DNA of 64,000 nucleotides from an uncultured bacterium. Lineage in GTDB: Bacteria > Krumholzibacteriota > Krumholzibacteriia > WVZY01 > JAKEHA01. Position 1 is the stretch's first letter, and each line of letters opens with the position of its first letter. Of this stretch, positions 1 through 8,653 are shown piece by piece. The notes under the pieces are model-generated. The model ran no database searches. It had not been told where the DNA came from and worked only from the letters and a program-made list of their open reading frames with translations. The translations under genes and the position numbers were made by a program. The stretch covers positions 85,129-149,128 of the forward strand of contig CAZPQK010000004.1 in the NCBI GenBank assembly GCA_964588695.1. Reading direction: 5' to 3'.

Positions 1-53
1 TGTAGAACATGCCCGGAGGCCGAAACAAAAGAAAAACTAACGACTTACGGCGC

Positions 54-137
54 AAGGGGTTATAACGACGACAACCGGTGGTTCGGCCGCCGGACACTGC
101 AAAGCTGACCTGAAAGCGGCGGCGGCTTGCTACCCCT
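54..137 (+). promoter_or_regulatory. Structured 5' leader upstream of cobO, candidate cobalamin-type riboswitch, possibly truncated by the window edge
   Basis: Nested complementarity: aggggt (55-60) pairs with acccct (132-137), enclosing a hairpin ggccgccgg (85-93)/cggcggcgg (117-125) whose loop contains GGACACTGCAAAGC resembling the B12-box region. Followed by RBS AGGAG 163-167 and a GTG start at 173. Confidence 0.3.
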
Positions 138-172
138 ATAAATGATTATAAATACGCAACTTAGGAGATTTT

Positions 173-745
173 GTGTCCGATTCCAAGCCCGATCAAAGCC
201 AAAAACGCAAAAAGAACCCCAAGGGCGAGCGAATTGGCCTGATTATGGTAAACACCGGTAACGGGAAGGGCAAGACCACGGCCGCCCTGGGAACCTGTAT
301 ACGGGCGCACGGTGTTGGCTTTCGGGTAAAAGTGATACAATTTATCAAAGGTTCCTGGGACTACGGCGAGCTTCACACCGCCGCCCAATTGGACAACTTT
401 GACATTGTTCCAATGGGTGAAGGGTTCACCTGGGAGACCAAAGACAAGGAGCGCGACCGCAAGGTCGCCTACAAGACCTGGGCAGCTTGTGAGCAAGCGA
501 TCGTAGACAACCAACACGACCTGTTGGTGTTTGACGAAATAAACAATACGATCGCGCTGGGCTACCTGGATGTTGAAGACGTGTTGGCGGGGCTGGCTAA
601 GAAGCATCCCGACATGCACATTATCCTGACCGGACGCGACGCCCACGAAAAGATCATTGAGGCGGCCGACCTGGTGACAGAAATGCGGGAAATCAAACAC
701 CCGTTTAACGAAGGAATCTATGCGCAACGCGGCATCGAATACTAA
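173..745 (+). CDS. cobO: cob(I)yrinic acid a,c-diamide / cob(I)alamin adenosyltransferase (CobO/BtuR/CobA family)
   Basis: P-loop GNGKGKTTAALG and overall similarity to the CobA/BtuR family. GTG start 5 nt after AGGAG. Confidence 0.85.
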   Translation: MSDSKPDQSQKRKKNPKGERIGLIMVNTGNGKGKTTAALGTCIRAHGVGFRVKVIQFIKGSWDYGELHTAAQLDNFDIVPMGEGFTWETKDKERDRKVAYKTWAACEQAIVDNQHDLLVFDEINNTIALGYLDVEDVLAGLAKKHPDMHIILTGRDAHEKIIEAADLVTEMREIKHPFNEGIYAQRGIEY

Positions 746-1244
746 TCACTCGCGACTCGGCTGGCTTGCGGCTGCCGTGTGTGCCGTGATGTTTGTATTT
801 GCGGCGCCGGTTCGCGCGACGTTGATATCTGGTACGGGAAGCACTTCCGACGGGTGGAACTTCGACACCGAGCGCGTGGTTACCGATCTGTCGCTGTCGT
901 CACCCGCCGACATCTTCTTCGTGCAAGTGATCACCGACTGGCGTATCCGCACTCGCGGATCGGCGACGCTAATGGCGCTGCCGGGGCAGATCTACGCCGA
1001 CCTGATTAGCGCCCCGTCCGACGAGTCCGGTTTTGCCGCCGATGTGCCCCTTCTGTTTAACACCACTTACGTGATCAAAACTCAGGAAGGCAAGTACGCG
1101 AAGTTCGTTATTACTGGCGAAAGCGCGGCCGCGTACACGTTCAACTATGTGTTTCAAGACGACGGCACACGCGTACTCGGAATTCCGGCGACACTTGACG
1201 AACAAACCTGGGGCCGGCTCAAGCGCCTTTATTCGCTCGACTAG
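720..1244 (+). CDS. hypothetical secreted protein (N-terminal signal peptide)
   Basis: ORF with n-region MRNAASNTNHSR followed by hydrophobic LGWLAAAVCAVMFVFAAPVRA. The first 26 nt overlap the end of cobO. Followed by a rho-independent terminator. Confidence 0.5.
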   Translation: MRNAASNTNHSRLGWLAAAVCAVMFVFAAPVRATLISGTGSTSDGWNFDTERVVTDLSLSSPADIFFVQVITDWRIRTRGSATLMALPGQIYADLISAPSDESGFAADVPLLFNTTYVIKTQEGKYAKFVITGESAAAYTFNYVFQDDGTRVLGIPATLDEQTWGRLKRLYSLD

Positions 1245-1288
1245 CCTATCGCAAAGGTTTCCCACCCGCCCAGCAGACTGAAATTCAA

Positions 1289-1326
1289 AGAGCCCGCCTT
1301 CGTAAGAAGACGGGCTCTTTTTTGTA
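1289..1326 (+). terminator. rho-independent terminator
   Basis: agagcccg...cgggctct hairpin followed by TTTTTTG directly after the 720..1244 ORF. Confidence 0.7.
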
Positions 1327-1346
1327 CGGGTGTTGGTTCCCGGCGC

Positions 1347-1526
1347 CTAGAATAGCGCGTAGATGAACGGCGCGAGTGCCGAACCCTCGGTAAACACAAT
1401 GAGTACACCCAGAAGTACCAAGAAAATCATAATCGGGCCCAGCCACCACTTCTTGCGGACTTTCATGAACTGCCAAAGCTCGTCCATGATGCTGAGTCGA
1501 TCTTTCATGTCTTGCCAGAGTCCCAT
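1347..1526 (-). CDS. DUF5989-family small membrane protein (59 aa), absent from the ORF track because it is under 60 aa
   Basis: Manual translation of the minus strand gives MGLWQDMKDRLSIMDELWQFMKVRKKWWLGPIMIFLVLLGVLIVFTEGSALAPFIYALF. This matches the conserved DUF5989 pattern (…LWxFLKVRKKWWLxPIIxxLLLLGxLIVxTxGSAxAPFIYxLF). Confidence 0.7.
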   Translation of the reverse strand: MGLWQDMKDRLSIMDELWQFMKVRKKWWLGPIMIFLVLLGVLIVFTEGSALAPFIYALF

Positions 1527-1703
1527 GCGTTCTCCTGCGATGCGAATACGAAAAAGTCGGGTGTGCTACAATGCCCTCGGCGGGCCAGCCGGGCTTTCGG
1601 CGCGGCGGCGCCCCGGCCTGGTTAACGCGCTATTATAACACGAAAACCCCGGCCGTGTCCACGGCACGGATATGTAACGTAAGTAACGACAAGGAATTAC
1701 TCG

Positions 1704-2501
1704 ATGGATTTGGGTATCAGGGGAAAGGTCGCGGCGGTGGCTGCGGCCAGTCAGGGCCTGGGCTACGCCACAGCTTTGGAGCTTGCCCGCGAAGGCGCAA
1801 GGGTTTCGATCTGCTCGCGCAGTAAAGACCGTATTGAGGCCGCGGCCGAACGCATTCGCCGCGAAGTCACAGACGCCGTGGTTGAGCCGATGGTGGTCGA
1901 CGTCACCAAAGAAGATGAATGCGTAGACTTTGTAACCGCGACCGCAAAAAAACTCGGGCGCATCGACATCCTGTTAACCAACACCGGCGGCCCGGTACCC
2001 GGCGCAATGGACGACGTGAACTTCTCCGACTTTCGCGACGGGGTTGACTCAACGCTAATGAACGCAATCGTCATGATGAAGACGGCCGCGGGCTACATGC
2101 GAGAACAGCGTTGGGGTCGGATCATCAACGTGCTTTCAATGACGGTCAAGCAACCAAAGGTAAACCTGCTGGTTTCCAACACCATGCGGCCCGCGATTTT
2201 AGGATTCGCCAAGTCAATTTCCTTTGAGCTTGCACCTTACAATGTAACTGTGAACAACGTCGCACCCGGTTACACCCGAACCGAGCGGTTGGAAGAACTC
2301 GCCGATCACGTCGCTGCCAGTGGATCGGGAGCAGAGAAATCCGACGTCTACGCCGAATGGGAACGCACCGTTCCCGCCAGACGTTTGGGAGAACCCGAAG
2401 AGTTTGCCGCGCTGGTTGCCTTTCTGGCCAGCGAACGCGCCGCATATATTACCGGAACCACGATTCAAGTCGACGGAGGCTCGACTCTGGGGCTGTTCTA
2501 G
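1704..2501 (+). CDS. SDR-family NAD(P)-dependent oxidoreductase
   Basis: N-terminal dinucleotide-binding motif GKVAAVAAASQGLGYATA and a typical SDR length of 265 aa. Confidence 0.8.
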   Translation: MDLGIRGKVAAVAAASQGLGYATALELAREGARVSICSRSKDRIEAAAERIRREVTDAVVEPMVVDVTKEDECVDFVTATAKKLGRIDILLTNTGGPVPGAMDDVNFSDFRDGVDSTLMNAIVMMKTAAGYMREQRWGRIINVLSMTVKQPKVNLLVSNTMRPAILGFAKSISFELAPYNVTVNNVAPGYTRTERLEELADHVAASGSGAEKSDVYAEWERTVPARRLGEPEEFAALVAFLASERAAYITGTTIQVDGGSTLGLF

Positions 2502-2598
2502 CGCCCCCATTGAAATTGCCGCCAGCCATTTAGTATCATTACACCCCCTGCACCCGGTTGGTCATCTGCTCGAATCCACGCTTTAAGAGGTCTGTTTC

Positions 2599-3735
2599 AT
2601 GCCCGCTTACCGCGCCCGTCTTGCCGCTTTGGTTGTCGCAGCCGTTTTGTGTCTGACCGCCGGTCTCGCCGACGCCAGTACTTGGATAATTCGCGCCGAT
2701 GGCAGCGGTGACTTTGCAACGATTCAAGCAGGCGTCACCGCCGCTACCGCGGGCGATACGATTCAACTCGAACCCGGCACATTCACCGGTGTCGGCAATC
2801 GTGAGATCGACACAATGGGTAAGGCGCTGGTTATCATTTCCGCGAGCGGCGCGGAGACTACCATCATCAATTGCGAAGGCATGGGGCGCGGACTTGTGTT
2901 CGCGAATGGAGAAAGTGATGACACCGAACTCATCGGCGTCACTATCACAAACGGAAGTTCGTCGGTCGGCGGCGCCGTCTACATGGATAACTCGTCGCCC
3001 GTCATTCGCAACTGTGTGATCACCGCGTGCAGTTCGAGTTTTGATGGCGGCGCCATCTACATGGAAAACTCCAGCCCAATTATCAACAACTGCGAGATAA
3101 CCGGAAACTTTGCCGGCGGCAACGGCGGTGCCATTGCCACCGAAAGCGGCGGAATAGCGACCATTACCGTCAACAACATCCACGGCAATACCGCGACGAT
3201 TAGCGGCGGAGGCGTTTACGCCCGACAAGCGTCACCCGACCTCAACACCAACAAAGTTTGGAACAACGGCGCCATTAACGGCGGTGGCATTTACCTGGAA
3301 AACTCGTTTGCATCTATTCAACGTACTACGGTGGTCGAAAATACAACTGTTAGTTCGTCCGGCGCGGGTTTGCTTTTGGTCGAGTCGCAACCCACCGTTG
3401 CCACCAGTATCATCGCGTTTAATAACGGCGGCGAAGGTATCACCTGCGCTGGGGTTAACTCATTGCTAACGATTTCGTGCTCTGTGGTGTTTGGCAACAG
3501 CGGCGGAGATACGATTTGCGGAGCGTCGGGTGGAAACAACCAGTTTGTTGATCCGGAGTTCTGCGGTGTTCTCGGCACCGGTAACTTGCTGCTGCAATCC
3601 GACTCACCGGCCTGGTCCGGTAACAACACGTGCGGCCTGATTATGGGCGCCGAAGGCATCGGCTGTTCGACCGTGTCCACACGCGAAACCAGTGTCGGCG
3701 GGCTCAAGGGACTCTTCCGCGGAAAGCGCAAGTAG
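2599..3735 (+). CDS. secreted right-handed parallel beta-helix repeat protein
   Basis: Signal peptide, then about 22-aa periodic repeats (GGAIYMENSSPIINNCEITGN...), typical of pectate-lyase-fold beta-helix proteins. Confidence 0.7.
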   Translation: MPAYRARLAALVVAAVLCLTAGLADASTWIIRADGSGDFATIQAGVTAATAGDTIQLEPGTFTGVGNREIDTMGKALVIISASGAETTIINCEGMGRGLVFANGESDDTELIGVTITNGSSSVGGAVYMDNSSPVIRNCVITACSSSFDGGAIYMENSSPIINNCEITGNFAGGNGGAIATESGGIATITVNNIHGNTATISGGGVYARQASPDLNTNKVWNNGAINGGGIYLENSFASIQRTTVVENTTVSSSGAGLLLVESQPTVATSIIAFNNGGEGITCAGVNSLLTISCSVVFGNSGGDTICGASGGNNQFVDPEFCGVLGTGNLLLQSDSPAWSGNNTCGLIMGAEGIGCSTVSTRETSVGGLKGLFRGKRK

Positions 3736-3919
3736 TCGCGCTCGCGCGGGCACACCACCGCTCCCCCACAACCCAACCTCGCAGACTTGTCACCCTTTGT
3801 TGACAACCCATCCAAAAAAACAGTGTTGCGCGTTGGCCATCAACCCACATGAATGTTAGAATCGCCCCTGCTAAGACGCAAGGGACGCAGCTCGCAACTC
3901 AACGAAACGGCAAAGCGTC

Positions 3920-4639
3920 ATGAAGACCTGGTCCGCGCTCATAATGGCAATCATCACGTCCACGTCTCCCCTGCTGGCAACTACTTCAGAAACCGATATC
4001 GCCCTTACCATCCGCTTCGTTGGCAATGCTGGCGTTGAACTAAGCGACGGACAGACAACCCTACTGGTCGACCTTCCATACGAGCCTGGCTACCTGGGCT
4101 ATATGAGCTACGACCTTTCGGACATCATGCCACGCGGCCGGACGGTTTGTTTGATTACCCATCGGCATCGCGACCATTTTCGTCCGGCCTGGTTCCATGG
4201 CAAAGACTGGGAGATTGTCGGCCCCAAAGAAGTGACCGACGAACTGCCCGAAGAGCGAGTGATTGCTCTGGAAGATACCGTGACCGTCGGCGCGTTCAGC
4301 ATTGTGCCTAGTCGCACGCCGCACGGCGACACCGAGCACTACTCGCACCTGGTGGTGTGGAACTCCAGCGAAGGTGGCACGCTGCGTTTTTTCTTTGTCG
4401 GCGACACCGAAGATCCCGCGAATCTGTTCAGCCAGAAAGACCTCGACATCGCGTTCGTCACCAGTTGGCTGGGGTGCGCTGCCAGCCGCGAGGGCGGTTC
4501 TATTGACGCCGAACGGGTTGTGCTTTACCACCATTGGCCGCAGCCGGACCGCGACCAGCTATGTATACCCATGGAGCGCCCACAACGCGGCGACGTTCTG
4601 TTGTCGGTGACTCGCGACGGTGCGGTCAACGGACAATAG
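3920..4639 (+). CDS. MBL-fold metallo-hydrolase
   Basis: HxHxDH motif (THRHRDH) and downstream His/Asp ligands. The gene ends 23 nt before ligD. Confidence 0.7.
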   Translation: MKTWSALIMAIITSTSPLLATTSETDIALTIRFVGNAGVELSDGQTTLLVDLPYEPGYLGYMSYDLSDIMPRGRTVCLITHRHRDHFRPAWFHGKDWEIVGPKEVTDELPEERVIALEDTVTVGAFSIVPSRTPHGDTEHYSHLVVWNSSEGGTLRFFFVGDTEDPANLFSQKDLDIAFVTSWLGCAASREGGSIDAERVVLYHHWPQPDRDQLCIPMERPQRGDVLLSVTRDGAVNGQ

Positions 4640-4661
4640 CAAGACGTGTTAAACTTATTCC

Positions 4662-6986
4662 ATGGCCAAAACCTCGCAGCGCGTTCAGGTCGGCAAGCGG
4701 AAGTTTGAGTTAACCAACCTCAGCAAAGTTCTGTGGCCGGAAGACGGTTTCGTAAAAGCGGAACTGATCGAGTACTACCTTCGTCTCGCCCCCACGATTC
4801 TCGCGCACGTTAAAGGGCGCCCGCTCACGCTCGTGCGTTTTCCCGACGGCATCCACGAAGAGACGTTTTACCAAAAGAACCGACCCAAGTGGGCGCCGGA
4901 ATGGATCGAGTCGATTAAGATCGGCGACGAGAAAAAAGTCGAATACATGCTGGCCACCGAGGAAGCGTCGTTGGTGTGGCTGGCCAACCTGGCGTGCATC
5001 GAAATGCATCAGATGCACTCGCGCGCACCCGACTACAACCTTCCCGACTACGTTGTCTTCGACCTCGATCCGCCCGACGACTACCCGTTTGTAGATGTCG
5101 TTGCGCTTGGTCTGAAGCTACGCGAGCACATCGAAGGTTACGGATACCATCCGTTCGTCAAAACCACTGGCCGCAAGGGGCTCCATATTGTGTTGCCCAT
5201 CGAGCGCCGTTGGACATTCGACCAGGCGTTCGCTGCTGCCAAAGACATCGCTACGCCATTTGTAAAAGCCAACGGTAATGTGGCCACATTGAACATAAAG
5301 AAAGAATCGCGTAAGGGTCGCGTTCTGGTTGATATCTATCGCAACCGCAACAGCCAAAGCATCGTTTCCGCGTACTCGGTGCGAGGCTTGCCGGGCGCGA
5401 CGGTTTCCGCTCCGGTGACTTGGGAAGCACTCGCCGAACTCGACACGCTTAAAGGGCTCAACATTCACACCGTCCCCGATCGTGTTCTCGCCGATGGTGA
5501 CCCCTGGGAAGGGATCGACGCATACGCGGTGGCATTGCACACCGATCGCCCCAAGCGTACGTCGCGACGCAAGCTTGGCCCCAACGAAAAGCACAAGACG
5601 CCCGAGCAACTTGCCAGCTACGAAAAAAAGCGCACGTTCGACAAAACACCCGAACCGACCGGCGGCGCCGAACTCGGCACCGGCAACGCATTCGTTGTGC
5701 ACCGCCACCACGCTTCGCGGCTGCACTACGATCTGCGACTAGAGCAAGACGGCGTTTTGAAGAGTTGGGCGGTGCCCCGCGGTATGCCACAACGGCCGGG
5801 GATTAAGCGCCTGGCGGTTCAGACCGAAGACCATCCAATTGAGTACCTTAATTTCGAAGGCGAAATACCCAAGGGTGAGTACGGCGGCGGTGATATGTGG
5901 GTGTACGCACGCGGTCGTTACGAGATTACCAAAGAGAAAAAGAAGGGTTTCTACTTTCGACTGCAAAGCAAAGAACTAAGCGCCGAGTTCCGCATGCACG
6001 AAACCAGCAACAAACAATGGATGCTGGAGCGCGTTGATAACCCGCAGATAGATTATCTTGCTGACCACATCGAACCGATGCTGGCGACACTCGAGAAAGA
6101 AGTCCCCGCCGACGACCACATTTACGAAGTCAAGTGGGACGGTATTCGCGCGCTCATTGCTTTCGACGACGGCCAACTAACCATTCGCAGTCGCAACCTA
6201 CGCGACATCACCGCCAACTTTCCCGAACTGGTGATTCCGGAGACGGCCTTTCGTGGGAGCTGCGGCTTGCTCGACACCGAGATAGTTGTTCTTGAACCCG
6301 ACGGCCGACCCAACTTTCGCAAGGTCATTAACCGTCTGCAACAGCGCACCGAAGGCGGTGTTAAACGCAGTCAGGCCAAGTACCCCGCGGTATGCTACGC
6401 CTTCGACTTACTGTATTTGGATGGACGGCCGCTGGTAAACGACGCGCTGGAACGACGCCGCGAGTACTTGCAAGACTTGATCAAACCGGGAACGCCGTAT
6501 CGGGTAAGCGAAGCGATTGACGACGGCGCCGGTCTTTTTGCTGCCGCCGAACAATTGGGCGTGGAAGGGATCATGGCCAAGAAGCGCGGAAGCACTTACA
6601 CACCCGGCAGGCGAAGCGCTGCCTGGCTCAAGATCAAGACCCGCCAAACAGCAGAGTGTGTCATTCTGGGGTACACTAGAGGAAAGGGAAATCGCGAGGG
6701 CACCTTCGGAGCCCTACATCTTGGGCAGGATGACGGCGGTCTACGATATGTGGGTAAGGTCGGAACCGGCTTTGACGACAAAGCCTTAGAAGACGTCTTG
6801 ACAGCCTTAGAGAGTATTAAAGAAGCTAAGAGACCCGTGGACGAGAAACCGGTGGACGACGCGAACAGCGTCTGGTTGGAGCCAAAGTTGCACTGCGAAG
6901 TGGAGTACGGCTCGCTCACCAGCAACAAAACGTTGCGCGAACCCGTTTTTGTTCGGCTACGACCGGACCTCGCCACAGAAGACTAG
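4662..6986 (+). CDS. ligD: multidomain ATP-dependent DNA ligase D (NHEJ), domain order Pol (primase-polymerase) - phosphoesterase - ligase
   Basis: N-terminal LigD polymerase domain (KVLWPEDGFVKAELIEYY...FVKTTGRKGLHIV). Central PE domain (FVVHRHHASRLHYDLRLE). C-terminal ligase with the adenylation motif EVKWDGIRA. Confidence 0.9.
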   Translation: MAKTSQRVQVGKRKFELTNLSKVLWPEDGFVKAELIEYYLRLAPTILAHVKGRPLTLVRFPDGIHEETFYQKNRPKWAPEWIESIKIGDEKKVEYMLATEEASLVWLANLACIEMHQMHSRAPDYNLPDYVVFDLDPPDDYPFVDVVALGLKLREHIEGYGYHPFVKTTGRKGLHIVLPIERRWTFDQAFAAAKDIATPFVKANGNVATLNIKKESRKGRVLVDIYRNRNSQSIVSAYSVRGLPGATVSAPVTWEALAELDTLKGLNIHTVPDRVLADGDPWEGIDAYAVALHTDRPKRTSRRKLGPNEKHKTPEQLASYEKKRTFDKTPEPTGGAELGTGNAFVVHRHHASRLHYDLRLEQDGVLKSWAVPRGMPQRPGIKRLAVQTEDHPIEYLNFEGEIPKGEYGGGDMWVYARGRYEITKEKKKGFYFRLQSKELSAEFRMHETSNKQWMLERVDNPQIDYLADHIEPMLATLEKEVPADDHIYEVKWDGIRALIAFDDGQLTIRSRNLRDITANFPELVIPETAFRGSCGLLDTEIVVLEPDGRPNFRKVINRLQQRTEGGVKRSQAKYPAVCYAFDLLYLDGRPLVNDALERRREYLQDLIKPGTPYRVSEAIDDGAGLFAAAEQLGVEGIMAKKRGSTYTPGRRSAAWLKIKTRQTAECVILGYTRGKGNREGTFGALHLGQDDGGLRYVGKVGTGFDDKALEDVLTALESIKEAKRPVDEKPVDDANSVWLEPKLHCEVEYGSLTSNKTLREPVFVRLRPDLATED

Positions 6987-7034
6987 CGCCGCGGCGGCGG
7001 CACACGCGCAAACGCGCCAACAAGGAGCAGTACG

Positions 7035-7943
7035 ATGCCAGCCATGCGTTCAATCTGGAAAGGCCACATCCGTTTTTCTCTGGTCACCATTCCGATTCGG
7101 ATTTACAACGCGGTCGACACCGCGCAAACCATCCGATTCAACCAGTTGCACGCCGAGTGTAGCGGCCGCGTCGGATACGAAAAAAAGTGCAAGAAGTGCG
7201 GCGAGACCCTCAACAACGAAGAAATCATCAAGGGTTACCAGTACGAACCCGACCAGTACGCGATCTTCGAAAAAGACGACTTTGAAAAGCTCAAACTAAA
7301 GAGCACAAAAGTCATTGAGATTGAAGGTTTCGTCGACGCGTCGGAAGTTGAACCAACGCTTTACGAGTCTCCCTACTACGCTGGTCCCGACGGCGACGTC
7401 GCCGCCAAACCGTACGCGCTTCTCGGCGCCGCACTTAGCAAGAGCGGCAAGGTGGGCGTTGGCAAAGTGGTATTGCGCGATCGTGAAGATGTCGTGCTGA
7501 TTGCTCCGCACGGCGAAGGCATCATGCTTTATCGCTTGCGCTACCCCGGAGAAATCCGAGCAATGGCAGATGTGCCACTAATCGAAGGTGCGCGAGCCGA
7601 CAAAGAACAACTGAAGCTAGCGGAGAGCTTGATCTCTTCGATGGAAACTTCGTTGGACAAGCTAACCTTAACGAACACGTACAACGAAGCCGTCCAGGAG
7701 ATGATCCAAGCCAAGATCGACGGTAAAGAAATCGTGGCACTGGAAGAGGAAGAGGCTCCGGTCGTGGATATCATGACGGCGCTTAAGGCCAGCATCGATC
7801 AGGCCAAGGGAAAGAAGAAGCCGATGGCCAAGGCCACCGGAAAAACCAAGGCCAAAGCCAAATCGAAAACCAAGACCAAGGCAAAAAGCAAAACCAAGGC
7901 GAAAGCAAAGAGCAAGGCCAAGGCCAGGCGCAAAACTGCGTAG
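7035..7943 (+). CDS. ku: Ku protein (NHEJ DNA end-binding) with a Cys-rich insertion and a lysine-rich C-terminal tail
   Basis: N-terminus MRSIWKGHIRFSLVTIPIRIY is typical of bacterial Ku. HAECSGRVGYEKKCKKCGE is a zinc-ribbon-like insert. C-terminal KAKAKSKTKTKAKSK low-complexity tail. RBS AAGGAG upstream. Confidence 0.9.
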   Translation: MPAMRSIWKGHIRFSLVTIPIRIYNAVDTAQTIRFNQLHAECSGRVGYEKKCKKCGETLNNEEIIKGYQYEPDQYAIFEKDDFEKLKLKSTKVIEIEGFVDASEVEPTLYESPYYAGPDGDVAAKPYALLGAALSKSGKVGVGKVVLRDREDVVLIAPHGEGIMLYRLRYPGEIRAMADVPLIEGARADKEQLKLAESLISSMETSLDKLTLTNTYNEAVQEMIQAKIDGKEIVALEEEEAPVVDIMTALKASIDQAKGKKKPMAKATGKTKAKAKSKTKTKAKSKTKAKAKSKAKARRKTA

Positions 7944-7984
7944 TTTTGCTGGCCACCACAACCAGTCCGGCGTAGATTCGAGCC

Positions 7985-8626
7985 ATGAGCGACTCCAAGA
8001 ACATCGACAACGTCATCCCGTTTCCGGGAAGCGCGCAGCCCAAGTTGGGTCTAAAAAAAGCAGTGCGCAAGAAGGAAGCGGTGATGGAGCGGCTGGGACA
8101 ACTCAGCATGTTCCCGGGCGACGAACCCGACACGGCTCCACGTCTGGCAGATGTACTGAAGCTTCCAACCAACTCCAGCGTGTTTGAAGAAGCACTCGTC
8201 ATGGACGAGCGCGGGCTCGACGAAGCCGAAGCGATGTATCGCAAGGCTATTGACGAAGACAACTACGTCGCCGATGCCTATTGCAACCTGGGAATCATCC
8301 AGCATCGCCGCGAAGAAACAGCCAAAGCCTTCGACAGCTTCACTCGCTCGCTGGAAGTTGACCCACGCCACTTTGAGTCGCACTTTAACCTGGGCAACTT
8401 GTACTTTGAAACCGGCGACCTGCGCCTGGCCAAGCTTCACTATGACCTGGCGTTAGAAGTCGACGACGAGTTTGCCAATCTGCACTTTAACCTGGGGCTG
8501 TTGTACGCGTTGGAAGAAGACTTTGGCGCTGCTTTGGTACAACTCAAACTTTACCGTGCGCAACACGAAGGCGACGATGCCGTCGCCGACGATTTAATCG
8601 CTCGCCTGGAGCGATTGGACGGATAA
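7985..8626 (+). CDS. tetratricopeptide (TPR) repeat protein
   Basis: Repeated AxxYxNLGxxY...A...F..AL TPR-like helices (NLGIIQH, NLGNLYFETGD, NLGLLYALEED). Confidence 0.6.
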   Translation: MSDSKNIDNVIPFPGSAQPKLGLKKAVRKKEAVMERLGQLSMFPGDEPDTAPRLADVLKLPTNSSVFEEALVMDERGLDEAEAMYRKAIDEDNYVADAYCNLGIIQHRREETAKAFDSFTRSLEVDPRHFESHFNLGNLYFETGDLRLAKLHYDLALEVDDEFANLHFNLGLLYALEEDFGAALVQLKLYRAQHEGDDAVADDLIARLERLDG

Positions 8627-8653
8627 CCTATCCAGCCAGTTAGGTAGTCGTTC

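Noticed and set aside
2539-3228. 229-aa minus-strand ORF overlapping the beta-helix gene
   Set aside because: Antisense to a + strand ORF that has a signal peptide, periodic beta-helix repeats and sensible flanks. The Gly/Ala/Val-rich translation is a mirror artefact of the repeat-rich sense strand.
5118-5726. 202-aa minus-strand ORF inside ligD
   Set aside because: Antisense to the LigD polymerase domain, which has a strong family match. No independent support.
7801-7943. Tandem-repeat-like DNA (aaaacc/aaggcc units) that might suggest a CRISPR or VNTR
   Set aside because: It is in frame within ku and encodes the Lys/Ala-rich C-terminal tail. No spacers, and the repeats are irregular.
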